This document shows positions 29,298-39,466 of a stretch of 64,000 nucleotides of DNA, piece after piece. Made by a program: the position numbers and the translations under genes. Under the pieces are notes generated by a model. That model was not told the origin of the DNA. It saw only the letters and a list, made by a program, of their open reading frames with translations, and made no database searches. The DNA comes from a virus (Duplodnaviria; Caudoviricetes): positions 69,796-133,795 of IMG/VR virus record IMGVR_UViG_3300020112_000918; one strand, 5' to 3'. Each line of letters opens with the position of its first letter. Positions within the stretch are counted from its first letter, which is position 1.

Positions 29298-30251
29298 TTA
29301 CTCTCCACAAACTGTTTTCTTAAGCTGTGTAAGAGTTTTACAAGCGTTGATCTCTTTTCCTGCAGCGTGAGCTTTTCCGAAAAGAAGTCTTGCAGCGAAC
29401 TTGCGCAAAGCGTTTTTCTGATTCTTAGGCAGCCCCGTAATGTCTTCTGGAATGTTTCTTTCTTTTACATAAGCATCAAACTTTCCGGCTTTGTCGAGCT
29501 CTGCAACAATTCCCTTTGCTTTGTTAAGTTTAGTTGACTTCTTTTTCTTTGTTTTTGCGACAGCTAAAGGCTTAATATTTTCTCCGTTTTCAGGTTCAAT
29601 AATTCCGATAACTGTGTAACGACAAACACGCATTTTTGCGTTGTGATAGTCTACAGGAACGGCTACTACGTCTTTAGGATTTACTTTTACAACTACTGTG
29701 TTCTCTCCGTGGAAAGAAGCAAGATAGCTTCTTGAACAAACGTGAAGCCCTGTGCTGCAAGTATTGTAACGACTTGGATCAACGTCTTTGCGATCCATAG
29801 TAACTGTCTGACCTACAGAGTTATCCATTTTTCCTGTGCGACAGTCTTTAAAGTGCTCGTTTACACGCTTGTAAGCTAAGAAGCAGCCATCTTCAGTGAT
29901 AGGCAAGTCACATGCTTCCAAAAATCCATAAAGATCTTTCTTAGAGTCTTCCGAAGGATTTTCCTCCAGATTCTTGATAAAACGGTTTATCGATGTAAGT
30001 GGTAAGCCGTTTTCTTTAAGGAACTCGATACGCTTTGCGAGAGCAGAAGAAAGATTGCTATCAGTTTTTTCTTCTGGAACTTCAGTTTGAATGTCTTTGT
30101 AGTCAAGCAAATCCTGAATGTCCTCGTCAGAAGCTCTATCACGCAGAGCCTTTGCGATCTTGTCAAAGCGTTCATCCTCTTTTACAATAGTTACAGGCTT
30201 TCCTGTAACAAACAACGAAATTCGGTCCTCGTTAATGATATAAGGGATCAT
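29298..30251 (-). CDS. rIIB: rIIB-like protein
   Basis: NLEENPS, LYGFL...LPITEDGCFLAYK.V, CSTGLHV, VKVNPKDVVAVPVDY. Confidence 0.92.
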   Translation of the reverse strand: MIPYIINEDRISLFVTGKPVTIVKEDERFDKIAKALRDRASDEDIQDLLDYKDIQTEVPEEKTDSNLSSALAKRIEFLKENGLPLTSINRFIKNLEENPSEDSKKDLYGFLEACDLPITEDGCFLAYKRVNEHFKDCRTGKMDNSVGQTVTMDRKDVDPSRYNTCSTGLHVCSRSYLASFHGENTVVVKVNPKDVVAVPVDYHNAKMRVCRYTVIGIIEPENGENIKPLAVAKTKKKKSTKLNKAKGIVAELDKAGKFDAYVKERNIPEDITGLPKNQKNALRKFAARLLFGKAHAAGKEINACKTLTQLKKTVCGE

Positions 30252-32551
30252 GCCGATTTCTCCTCGCTACTTTCTTCTGTAGCAGCTTTTGATAGTTTTA
30301 ATTCCAGATATTCAATAAGGTCGCTGATAATACCAGAATCTCTTCTAGCTGAGTAGCTTTCCACTAAAAGTTTTACCAAAGGGTATTTTTTATAAAGTGG
30401 ATAAACTATAGAACTTTCCAGCTCAATGCTATAAGCATTTGTGGAAGTGCTCTGTAAAATAGACTGAACCTTTGCTTGATAAGCAGCATCCAGTTTAATG
30501 TGATCCATGCTTACAAATGGTCTGAGTCGTTTTCCTACCTTGAAGTTCGATTTAGACCAAGCTGTAAGACGGTCAAGAGTTTCCTGTTCAAGCCCTATGC
30601 GAGTTATCAAGTTAGCTGCAAAAAGCTCTTTGATGAAAGGAATATACTGCTCACTAGAATAGTCTGTGTTCCACTCCAAGTGGGCTTCATAAGAATCGAT
30701 GTAAGCCTTTGCTCCTTCTACGATAATGTCTTCAAACTTAGGAAGAATATTTCTGTAAGGATGCTTTTCTGGCAGGAGAAGAACTCTTGCTGTTCCATAA
30801 AAAGACTCGTTTGTTTCTTCAACGTGCTTAGAAACATATCTTTCTACAACAAGCCCGTAACGATCCGCAAACTGAGAACGTCCTTTCTTGTATTCAAAGT
30901 CATAAAGCTGTCCTTCAAACTCAACTTTATAGGCTTTGTCTGCTGGAATCCAGAAAGTATAGTCCAATTCACTCTGAGTCGGGTTATTTGTGTCATCAAA
31001 GATTCTTGATGTTCTCTGAACTCCCCCTCCTGGAAGAGAGATTGTTGTCAAAGCAGAAGTAGAAACAGCTGCGTTGGACTTCCAGCGTGTTTGCACTCCT
31101 ACGGAACTCTTTGGCAAATCGTTTACATTCTTTATGGCTTTTAAGTCCTCTTCTGAAAGAAAGGCTGTTGAATCTCGGAACAAGATGTATGCTACAGGTC
31201 CTATCTGGATTGGTGCTCCTAAGTTCTCAAGAATACGGCACTTCTTTTCGAAAGAAAGATAAGCCCCGTCCCAGTAAGAGAAAATCGGGAAATTGTTAGA
31301 AATAATAGCAGCTACTGTTGTTTCCTTAATCAAGACCACAGATGCCTGACTGCAGTGATTTGCTATTTTTACGCAGCGAACGTTCTTTACAAGAGATTTT
31401 GCCCAGTCCTTAAAAGCAAGGTGGTTCAAATACCCCTTGAAATGCAGATTGTCAAACTTGGAGTGGTTCTTGATAATCGTTGGTGCTGATACCCAGAGGT
31501 TGTAGAGTTTCAAATAAGAATTCTGAGCCTGACGGAACATGTCATTGATAGAGTCAACTACTTTGTGACGATATGTAAGACACAAAATAGAACCGAGCTT
31601 TTCCTTAGTTTCTGACGTAAATGAAAGTCGTTCACGAGATGGCTGAGGCATAAAAGTTCCGTTTGGAACTTTGATAAATCCTTCAAAGCAAACATTACGG
31701 GGCAGATTTTCCTTTACTTTAAAAGAGCCGGAATCTTCTTTTTCAATAAAAGATTCAAAGGCTTCTTTACATTCATCCTGAGAGATTGTATAAAGCACGT
31801 TTCCTTGAACTACTTTAAGGTCACTTCCCCAAGACTTGTCAGAAACAGTCAGGTCTATTTCTCCGAAGTTCTGTCCAAGATAGTCAGCTGTAGACCAGTC
31901 TGTGTTTGAGTTTTCAAGGTCGCTAAGCCAGTAAGACTCTGCGTTCAGAACTTCAACACGGTCTTTCATCCACTTGAGAATGCGTAAACTTTTTGAACGG
32001 AATTCGTCTATGTCAGAAAGTTTTACAGCATAGAAAACTTCAAGACCACTTGGTTCGTCTGTTTCACATTCAGTTAAGAGAGTTTTGCGAGGTTTACCGT
32101 TTTCTACAAACATTGTGTAGTAGTAAGCCTTTCCCTCATAGTAAGAAGTTACATTAAAGGTGTTTGTGTATGCGAAAGGAGATTTAGCTCCAATACCAAA
32201 AGCTCCGATGTAAGCGTTACTTCCTTCTTTAGAAGAATACCCGTAAGTAGTATACATAGTCATCTGATCAGGAGCAAGTCCTTTTCCAAAATCTCTTACT
32301 CTGAATTCAGGTTTTTCATGAGACGGGATTGTTACCTGGAACTTACGTGTCTGTCCTGCTTCTACGTGAGCATCAAATGCGTTACAAGTTATTTCACGAA
32401 TTCCAGCTGCAGTTTTATCTGCGTAAACACTATCAGACAAAAGCATAAATAGCTTTTCATCTGCCTTTATCTGGAACTCATCAGAAGTTCCGACTGAATT
32501 TTCGACATGTGTGCCTTTCTCTGTATTAAAAACCATATGTGGTTCCTCCAA
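30248..32551 (-). CDS. rIIA: rIIA-like protein (GHKL ATPase N-terminus)
   Basis: IREITCNAFDAH, VRDFGKGL, GAFGIGAKSPFAY; adjacent to rIIB. Confidence 0.92.
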   Translation of the reverse strand: MEEPHMVFNTEKGTHVENSVGTSDEFQIKADEKLFMLLSDSVYADKTAAGIREITCNAFDAHVEAGQTRKFQVTIPSHEKPEFRVRDFGKGLAPDQMTMYTTYGYSSKEGSNAYIGAFGIGAKSPFAYTNTFNVTSYYEGKAYYYTMFVENGKPRKTLLTECETDEPSGLEVFYAVKLSDIDEFRSKSLRILKWMKDRVEVLNAESYWLSDLENSNTDWSTADYLGQNFGEIDLTVSDKSWGSDLKVVQGNVLYTISQDECKEAFESFIEKEDSGSFKVKENLPRNVCFEGFIKVPNGTFMPQPSRERLSFTSETKEKLGSILCLTYRHKVVDSINDMFRQAQNSYLKLYNLWVSAPTIIKNHSKFDNLHFKGYLNHLAFKDWAKSLVKNVRCVKIANHCSQASVVLIKETTVAAIISNNFPIFSYWDGAYLSFEKKCRILENLGAPIQIGPVAYILFRDSTAFLSEEDLKAIKNVNDLPKSSVGVQTRWKSNAAVSTSALTTISLPGGGVQRTSRIFDDTNNPTQSELDYTFWIPADKAYKVEFEGQLYDFEYKKGRSQFADRYGLVVERYVSKHVEETNESFYGTARVLLLPEKHPYRNILPKFEDIIVEGAKAYIDSYEAHLEWNTDYSSEQYIPFIKELFAANLITRIGLEQETLDRLTAWSKSNFKVGKRLRPFVSMDHIKLDAAYQAKVQSILQSTSTNAYSIELESSIVYPLYKKYPLVKLLVESYSARRDSGIISDLIEYLELKLSKAATEESSEEKSA

Positions 32552-32593
32552 AAATTAAAATTCCGGAGGAAACCAAAAAGGTTTAATTTATTT

Positions 32594-34852
32594 TTAAGAA
32601 AAACTCTTTACAGTTAATCCAAGTTTAGCTAAGTTCTTTTCCATAGACTTCTTGAAGGCTTCGTCGTAGTCGTCTCCCTTAGGGCTTTCTACAATAAGAC
32701 CTTCTCCCAGATAGTTATTCTCAAAAGGAACATCCAGTTCACGATTATAAATGTACCGAGGAACAGTAAGCTCTTCGTGAACAAGAGTGTATACGTTTTC
32801 TGCACAAACGTCTCCAACGTCCTTTGCGTTGGTTCCCATCATCGACAGCTCCCAGTCATTAGTATCAAGAACATTAACTACCTTACCGATTGTATGATCA
32901 ATCTTTTTACGCCCCTTTTCTGTAGAAGATTCCTGAATACACTTTAAGTTGTTTTTCAAGAAAATATTTCTTCCGGCTTTTACGTTTCCGATGTTAATCA
33001 GAGCTACGTAAGTAAGGTAAACATTTATTTCAGTATCAGCAGAAAGGTTAGCTACATTAAAGTTCTTTTCCTTTAGATAAGCAATAGTTGCGTGAGACTG
33101 GAAATTATCGAATGTAATCTTGAAAAGATTAATAGAACCCTTATCTCTCAGATCTTCAGGGAAAGTTCGGATGGCATCCAAATTGATACGCCCCTTTCCT
33201 GGAGAAATAGCGATAGTAAAATCGTGAACAGCAACTTTTTCATTATTTACTGCATCCCATTCCCAGTGAGACATACCAATACCGAGAACGTCTCCTGTTT
33301 CCGCAAGGTCGAATGAAAGAACTCGAAGAGCTTTTGGTGCACGGTAAAACTCGTAACGTTCCCCTACCTTTATAAAGAACTTATCACGAATCTGATTCCA
33401 GATAAGCTCGGCTGCTGGCTTAGTAGAAGGAGCCATGATATAAGTAGGAATATTCTTAAGCTGCGGAGTAAAGATATCTTCAATAAGCTGACGCTCACGA
33501 ATAAGTTTATCGAGAGAACCACTTGGCCAACCACCTGTGTTCTTAACAGCACGAGTAGTCGATTCCATGTATTCTCGTTTAAGGTCGATTGGAACCCAAA
33601 TAACTTCTTCTTTAGGATAAAGAGCAAGATTGTCTTCGTTGAGAACTTCTGCAGGAGAGGATGCTGATCCTCGGAATACTGGAAACTTTTCGCCAGTTTC
33701 AGCGTAAATCGGATAAAGTTCCCGCACACGCTTTCTGCTCGGATCTCGCTCATACATTTCCCACTGACTTCCTGTGCTGACGAAGTTTTCAGGGTCTTTC
33801 TGAGCCTGCCCCGTAAATATGTATTTATCGATAGGACTGACATCAAGGTCGTTAGGAGAAGAGTCAAGAACCGTTCCGCACAAATACTTATTACCGAAAC
33901 GAGACTTAATACGTTCCTTAGAATCCATGTAAATACGCCAGATATAATCAGTAGAGAACCCACGATCGATAAAGAAAGAAATTTCTGACATAGTTGACTG
34001 AATCATGTTCAAACCGAGCAACTGATGAGGTCCGGAAGCAACAATGTAGTGAATGTCATTAGGGAACTGCAAAACACCGATGCGGGATGCTGTTGTCCAA
34101 CAAATCTTGTCTGGGTATTTTTTCTGATGATTTTCAAGCTGCTCTTCTACTTTTACACGATGGAATTTCGGAGCAGTTGTCAATATCTGAATAAATGGCT
34201 GGAGCAAAAGCTGCTTAGCCTTATCTTGAGAGAACGAAATAAATGCTTGAACTATCGAAGTAGAAGCTGCCAAGCCAAAGTACTTCTTCGGATTGCGCAT
34301 CAAGAACAGGTTAATAGTAACAAACAGGTTGTGCATTGCTGAGATAGTCGAATTGTGTGTAATAAGTCCATTGTTTGTAAAATATAGTCCGTCTTTTGAG
34401 TCTACAGAAATGCAAGAGGTTTCTTCCTGATAAAGAGCTTTTCTTATGCAAAGAATAGTAACTCCTTCATCTTCTGCTGTTAAGAGTTCATCAGAATCTG
34501 AAATCGCAGGGTCTTTTACATAAGCATCGTAGCAGTGTTCATTTTCTGGATAAGAAGTCATCCAAATAAATTTTAGAAAAGGAACTCTTTCCCTCAGCCA
34601 CTCAGTAGTAACGCTTTCCCAGAATAACTGCCCATTAAGTTTTCTAAAAGAAACGACATTTATGTGGTCTTTATGAGTTCTTAGAACTCTTCCATCAGAG
34701 AGAAAAATATTATATACGTCTGTCAAGCCTTGAGGAAAAATAGCTTTTATGGGACGTTTACCTTTAGGAGTTAGAACTTCATCTCCTATAGCCAAGTCCC
34801 CATTACGCTTATAGACAAAACGCTTAGATTCTTTTACGGAAGATATTTTCAT
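32594..34852 (-). CDS. terL: terminase large subunit, C-terminal part, preceded by most of a split intein
   Basis: Intein blocks up to ITHN, then ST completing Walker A; nuclease motifs SFDLAETGD, ITFDNFQS, KDVGD. Confidence 0.88.
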   Translation of the reverse strand: MKISSVKESKRFVYKRNGDLAIGDEVLTPKGKRPIKAIFPQGLTDVYNIFLSDGRVLRTHKDHINVVSFRKLNGQLFWESVTTEWLRERVPFLKFIWMTSYPENEHCYDAYVKDPAISDSDELLTAEDEGVTILCIRKALYQEETSCISVDSKDGLYFTNNGLITHNSTISAMHNLFVTINLFLMRNPKKYFGLAASTSIVQAFISFSQDKAKQLLLQPFIQILTTAPKFHRVKVEEQLENHQKKYPDKICWTTASRIGVLQFPNDIHYIVASGPHQLLGLNMIQSTMSEISFFIDRGFSTDYIWRIYMDSKERIKSRFGNKYLCGTVLDSSPNDLDVSPIDKYIFTGQAQKDPENFVSTGSQWEMYERDPSRKRVRELYPIYAETGEKFPVFRGSASSPAEVLNEDNLALYPKEEVIWVPIDLKREYMESTTRAVKNTGGWPSGSLDKLIRERQLIEDIFTPQLKNIPTYIMAPSTKPAAELIWNQIRDKFFIKVGERYEFYRAPKALRVLSFDLAETGDVLGIGMSHWEWDAVNNEKVAVHDFTIAISPGKGRINLDAIRTFPEDLRDKGSINLFKITFDNFQSHATIAYLKEKNFNVANLSADTEINVYLTYVALINIGNVKAGRNIFLKNNLKCIQESSTEKGRKKIDHTIGKVVNVLDTNDWELSMMGTNAKDVGDVCAENVYTLVHEELTVPRYIYNRELDVPFENNYLGEGLIVESPKGDDYDEAFKKSMEKNLAKLGLTVKSFS

Positions 34853-36171
34853 TTAATCCTCTTGACAGTCCAGCCTACTCTAAATCCTTCAGGGACAGGT
34901 TCATCTTTTCGTATATAAGTGTTTATAGTGCCATTCGTTATACCAATTTTTCCTTTATTTTGAGAAGATTGTCCTTTGTGGGAGTCAGAAAGTTTTTTCT
35001 TATATTCAGGCTGCTGGTATAAGGCTTTCATAGTTTCGCTAGATTTTCGTTTAGCTTCTTGGTTTGGAAGTCTCCCTGCCTGAAAACCTTCTGGACAAAT
35101 TTCACAAAGAATTTCTGTTTCTCCATCTGTAAACCAATGGTATCTATCTAGGTTAGATTCCTTCCACTTCCAAGACTGCCCAGCAACTGTTTTACTAGCA
35201 GAGCCTAGTTCCCAGCCTTCTTTAAGAAATTCTTCTACTTGTTCGATTTTAACACATTTTCTTTCTGAACCTTTATGCATCCACTTAGTTCCTAAGGTAG
35301 AATGAACTACTCTTGTTTTCATAGATTTTCTAAAAATGTCAGAAACATACATCCCTAAAGAGTACCCTGCTTCTAAGTATGAATTAATTTCATTAGGATA
35401 AACATAGATATTCTTTGTCCCCTTATGCATCCACTTCTTACCAGTAGGGTCTGAAAAAACTCTGCCCTTTTTCCAACCAGCTTTTTTGTAAAATTCCCAT
35501 TCATCTATAAAAATCTTTTTAGATTTCTCTCCTTTCTTAGAAACGAAAAACATCTCTTTTTGTAGAGAATTACTTAATTCAAAAGACTCCATAGCTATAT
35601 CCAAATTCGCATAAAATTCTGTATCGCTTTTCAGAGAATCTAAATTATCAAACTCTACTAGACCAGAAGTTCTGTAAGCTGCTAGATAGTTACAGTAAGC
35701 GTATCTTAATTGTCCTTGTTTATGTTGTTCCTTAGCTCTAAGATAGTGAGCCTTAATGTGAAAATACAGGGGCAAAGAAATAATATTCTCTTTTAAATCC
35801 TGCCCTCCTTCACATCTAGGAATTATATGATGTCTATTAATAAAGATTTCGTTTTCTCTATAGAAGTCTTCTGAAAACTGCTTAAAAAAGGAAATCAGTT
35901 CTTCATAGTTCTCAATCTCAAAAGCCTTTTTAAACTCGCTAAAATGGTTTGCCCGATATTTCATCATACATAAATAGGCTATTTCATAAGGAAAGTCTAT
36001 AGTGTCTAATTCCCTATTCCTAATTTCTCTTGCCCTGATTACCTGCCACTCAGAGTTTTCCTGAATAAGAATCTTTTCTTCTGGGCGGAAAATAAGACTT
36101 TCGCAATTTTCGAAATTGAACTCTAAAACGTCTTCTTCATCTACTGCTACGGGTGTAGATACAGGGAGAGC
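34352..36171 (-). mobile_element. split Ala1 (class-3-like) intein with an HNH endonuclease, inserted in the TerL Walker A
   Basis: GIGK|ALPVSTPV ... GDLAIGDEVL ... THKDH ... SCISVDSKDGLY ... ITHN|ST. Confidence 0.85.
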
Positions 36172-36555
36172 TTTTCCAATACCAATAGCGTTAGCAAGAA
36201 CTAGATGACGGTAAGGAGAGTCATAGTTCCAGAACGCTTCAAGAATCTCTCTTGCATGAACGAACAAACTTTCTGCCTGAGGACCGAGCCACTCTTCTGA
36301 AAGAAATTCATGGATTGTTGGTGGCTTAGACTTGTAGTTGATCCTCCAAGAGTCCAAGAGTAAAAGTTCTTTCATATTGCTAGAAAGCATAGGATTATTC
36401 AATATAAGCTGCAAGCCTTTCTGGATCTCAGGGTCGGATAAACGTTGAAAGTCCTGTCTATCAGCGACAGAATCGTCTCCCTGGATCAAGTCTTTTATGA
36501 GAAAAGGATTGTCATTTGGATTTTCATAGTCTGTCTTAGGTACAATTATTTCCAT
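34849..36555 (-). CDS. terL: terminase large subunit N-terminal part + intein N-fragment + HNH endonuclease with NUMOD-like repeats
   Basis: PPTIHEFL...LVLANAIGIGK; RHHIIPRCEGG...NIISL...HIKAH; repeated KWMHKG/WFTDG/ITNG units. Confidence 0.85.
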   Translation of the reverse strand: MEIIVPKTDYENPNDNPFLIKDLIQGDDSVADRQDFQRLSDPEIQKGLQLILNNPMLSSNMKELLLLDSWRINYKSKPPTIHEFLSEEWLGPQAESLFVHAREILEAFWNYDSPYRHLVLANAIGIGKALPVSTPVAVDEEDVLEFNFENCESLIFRPEEKILIQENSEWQVIRAREIRNRELDTIDFPYEIAYLCMMKYRANHFSEFKKAFEIENYEELISFFKQFSEDFYRENEIFINRHHIIPRCEGGQDLKENIISLPLYFHIKAHYLRAKEQHKQGQLRYAYCNYLAAYRTSGLVEFDNLDSLKSDTEFYANLDIAMESFELSNSLQKEMFFVSKKGEKSKKIFIDEWEFYKKAGWKKGRVFSDPTGKKWMHKGTKNIYVYPNEINSYLEAGYSLGMYVSDIFRKSMKTRVVHSTLGTKWMHKGSERKCVKIEQVEEFLKEGWELGSASKTVAGQSWKWKESNLDRYHWFTDGETEILCEICPEGFQAGRLPNQEAKRKSSETMKALYQQPEYKKKLSDSHKGQSSQNKGKIGITNGTINTYIRKDEPVPEGFRVGWTVKRIK

Positions 36556-36571
36556 AAACTAAATAGGAAAA

Positions 36572-36596
36572 CAAAAAAGCCCTCCGAAGAGGGCTT
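36572..36596 (-). terminator. intrinsic terminator
   Basis: AAGCCCTC-TTCG-GAGGGCTT plus T-run. Confidence 0.8.
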
Positions 36597-36605
36597 GCAA
36601 TTTCT

Positions 36606-37523
36606 TTAAAAGTTATTAGTAAATTTTTGTCTACAATAACCTCGTTTGTATTTATGGAATTCGCACAACCAGTGCTCAACATCTAACATAAGAGGATGTG
36701 AAACTAGTAAGATTAAATCCTGGCACCCTTCTTGTTTGCATAAATGTGAAATCTGTTCTCTAGAAATACCTGTAGAGTTTTCTATAGTTTTTAAAATGTA
36801 TTCTGAGTTTTCATTCCAAATTTCTCTAAGCTCTTTAATCAAAGGTACATAGTTTTTAGAACTTACTTTAAGGTCAGGATAGACATCTTTTAATCCTCTA
36901 AAAGCTCCTGGACCGTAGCTTGTCCAAGTTAGTAGGTCTGAAAACTTGTCAGGGTCTGAATAAATCCAGTCACTAACTATGCAGTAAGCTGTAAAATCAC
37001 CTATAGCTGCCTCTTTTGACTTCAAAGCGGAAACTGCAGCTTGCGTACTAGTTATATCTCCTGAAAGGACTTTGCTCCATACGAGTTTTACCTGAGAATA
37101 AATTTTCTGCATTTGATGTAAATCATCTTTTTGTCTTCTGTTTACTATAAAAGACCCTGTAGCTAAATTAAACTTTTTATTTTCTGGGCGAGAATTTTCA
37201 AATAGAAATTGAATAAAGGCATTAGGATTTCCTTTATCTGCTTTTTTCAAAAGTTTTTGAGCTAAAGGGTTGCTCTTTAAGTAAGACAAAAGACTAAAGG
37301 AAGAAGACCACCTAAGAAGTCCGATAAGAGCTTTATTCGACAAATTTAAAGACTGAATAAGAAAATAAGTCTTGTCTAAGCATCTGTGCACGTTACAGAA
37401 CTTGTAAGTTGCTAATACAGGGTCGTCTGTAAAAGGAGCCAGAGTTTTCAAAAGGCTTTTTTTTACAAAAATGCTTTCTCTTTCAGAAACTAAGTCTAAA
37501 AATTTCTTTTCTTCATCTGTCAT
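36606..37523 (-). CDS. alpha-glutamyl/putrescinyl thymine pyrophosphorylase-like (aGPT-Pplase1 / amino acid:DNA transferase)
   Basis: ERESI...PFTDDPVLATYKFCNVHR.LD, IGDFTAY.IVSD, GPGA.RGL, DVEHWLCEF.KY. Confidence 0.82.
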   Translation of the reverse strand: MTDEEKKFLDLVSERESIFVKKSLLKTLAPFTDDPVLATYKFCNVHRCLDKTYFLIQSLNLSNKALIGLLRWSSSFSLLSYLKSNPLAQKLLKKADKGNPNAFIQFLFENSRPENKKFNLATGSFIVNRRQKDDLHQMQKIYSQVKLVWSKVLSGDITSTQAAVSALKSKEAAIGDFTAYCIVSDWIYSDPDKFSDLLTWTSYGPGAFRGLKDVYPDLKVSSKNYVPLIKELREIWNENSEYILKTIENSTGISREQISHLCKQEGCQDLILLVSHPLMLDVEHWLCEFHKYKRGYCRQKFTNNF

Positions 37524-38191
37524 TACATAAAGTCCTTTGTGCTTAAGTACATTTCCGAATAAGCATAAGCCTTCGGATAAGTTTTATACATATACTCTTG
37601 TATCTGTCCAGGTGTAAAATTCGGTTTTACTTTGTTAAAAAGCAAGTTCAAGTCAATCGAAGGTGTTGAAAATTTTTCTTCTGACAAAGCAATAAGTTTA
37701 ATGTACTTACTGAAAGGGTCGTCTTTTCCTTCTACTTCGATTTTCCAACCTGCTGTCATCCAGTTTTTAGCCATGGACTTAGTAAAGGCTACCTGTTCAA
37801 GAAGTTTAAAGTCATAGCTTTCCCAATCATCTCCAAGACCGGAGTAGCTGTCAAAAAGTTCTTTTTCAATTTTGTCCTGTTTAGGAGAAGCTGGAGCAAG
37901 GTCTGCAAAGCAATCATAAAAGTCTGCTGAACAGACGTCAAAGTAGCCTTTAACGTTTTTAGGTAAAGCCCCCTTTGCCACAAGAGCTTTGTACTTCGCT
38001 TCAATTACAGACTTTTCTCCGATTTCAAGAAAGCTGTACCCCAGTGTGTCTTCGAAGCAAGGAATTTTCAAACTCTGAAAAATGTTTGCGTGCAATCCTG
38101 CCATAGCATCCGCAGGAGCCATAGGCTCTCCACCTAAGGTAAAAGGCACATAAAGTCGATATTTTGTTGTTTCTTCTCGCAATATAGTCAT
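37523..38191 (-). CDS. hypothetical protein, possible internal head protein
   Basis: N-terminus MTILREE; AAGGAG SD; CCTATTT upstream. Confidence 0.6.
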   Translation of the reverse strand: MTILREETTKYRLYVPFTLGGEPMAPADAMAGLHANIFQSLKIPCFEDTLGYSFLEIGEKSVIEAKYKALVAKGALPKNVKGYFDVCSADFYDCFADLAPASPKQDKIEKELFDSYSGLGDDWESYDFKLLEQVAFTKSMAKNWMTAGWKIEVEGKDDPFSKYIKLIALSEEKFSTPSIDLNLLFNKVKPNFTPGQIQEYMYKTYPKAYAYSEMYLSTKDFM

Positions 38192-38222
38192 AGAATTCTC
38201 CTTCTAATAAATAGGCTTGGCA

Positions 38223-38858
38223 TTACGATAATCGGAGAATCGCTAGGTTGTTCATCACACAAGGAACATAATCCTGAGCCGTGCTTGTAGGAATCTCCCT
38301 TGAGAAAACTCTTCCTGCTCCACAGTTGTAGGCAGCTGCGATGTTTTCATATGCTGTTATTCCAAAAGTTCTGGTCAAATCATCGATAAGCCGAACAGCT
38401 ACGTAAGAATTGTGTTTCCAGTTCATCGGATCAAAGTCTGGAAAATCTGCTGGCCAGAACATCTCAAGAAAGCCCCCTTTCTGAAACAAGCAACGATCAT
38501 TTAACTGAAACAAGCCTAGATCTACTGTTCCATTTTTATTTGGCTTTCCTACTACGTCGGATATCAAAGTAGGATTTTCTTTCATTAAAATGGCTACTAC
38601 TAGATCACTGTTAACGGAAAAATCTTCACAAAGTCCTACAATAAACTGGGCTTTTTCATCGTCCAAGAAAAAAGAATACTTGTTCTCGAAGTTTTCCACT
38701 TCTACAGGTTCTTCATACACTGTTAGAAATTTGTCTGACACAAGTCCAATTTCTCGTAAGGTTGCTTGACGAGTATAGAAGCTACTCAAAATCATTGAAA
38801 GCCCTATAGCCAGTAAAAAGTTTCCGGCAATGATACAAACTTTTTGCCACGTTTTCAT
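38223..38858 (-). CDS. SLT-family lytic transglycosylase with an N-terminal membrane anchor
   Basis: AILMKENP (catalytic Glu), DLGLFQLN, AAYNCG. Confidence 0.85.
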   Translation of the reverse strand: MKTWQKVCIIAGNFLLAIGLSMILSSFYTRQATLREIGLVSDKFLTVYEEPVEVENFENKYSFFLDDEKAQFIVGLCEDFSVNSDLVVAILMKENPTLISDVVGKPNKNGTVDLGLFQLNDRCLFQKGGFLEMFWPADFPDFDPMNWKHNSYVAVRLIDDLTRTFGITAYENIAAAYNCGAGRVFSREIPTSTAQDYVPCVMNNLAILRLS

Positions 38859-38877
38859 TCTTCCCTCCCCTAAAGGT

Positions 38878-39102
38878 TTAGTTATCTTTCTTTTTATTTC
38901 TTTGCAAGATCATACGATCTGCTATGCAATAAGAAATAGCTGCGATATTGTCATAAGACATTTCTCCATCTTTTGTCTGAAGTAAAGTCTGCATTGCAGC
39001 CATAGCGAACTTATCCCTCGCAGAAAGCTCACATTCATTCTTAAAAAATCTGATAGCTCCTGCTATCGCCTGTTCTTCATCTCTTCTTAGAGCGTGTGGC
39101 AT
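38878..39102 (-). CDS. hypothetical protein
   Basis: LSARDKFAMAAMQ...SY.IADRM pattern; ATG after GAGGAGG. Confidence 0.6.
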   Translation of the reverse strand: MPHALRRDEEQAIAGAIRFFKNECELSARDKFAMAAMQTLLQTKDGEMSYDNIAAISYCIADRMILQRNKKKDN

Positions 39103-39466
39103 GTTTCTCCTCCTCAAAAGACTTAATGCTGTCCCAAGTAGTTCCGTAGCGTGACATTATACGAAGTCTTAAAAGACGTTCGAGCTCATTGTCCTTAAAG
39201 GCTTTAGTCTTGTAGTAGCTACTAAACGGGTTGATCCCTAAAAGGTCGCCTGGAGCTGAAGCAAAAACAACTCTTGGTAATGTCCAATTTCTAAAATAAA
39301 ACTTCCGTTTTTCTTTTTGAACTTCTTCAGAGAAGTCTCCTAAGAATTCAACGGAATCACAAAGCACAACAAAGCTCATATTCTGTAAACTTAGAGCTCT
39401 GGATTTCTTAAGTTTCTTATACTCTTTTTTAACTGACTTCAGAAACTTGTGCACACTTCTTGACAC
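39077..39466 (-). CDS. hypothetical protein
   Basis: GTG start after GGAGG. Confidence 0.5.
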   Translation of the reverse strand: MSRSVHKFLKSVKKEYKKLKKSRALSLQNMSFVVLCDSVEFLGDFSEEVQKEKRKFYFRNWTLPRVVFASAPGDLLGINPFSSYYKTKAFKDNELERLLRLRIMSRYGTTWDSIKSFEEEKHATRSKKR

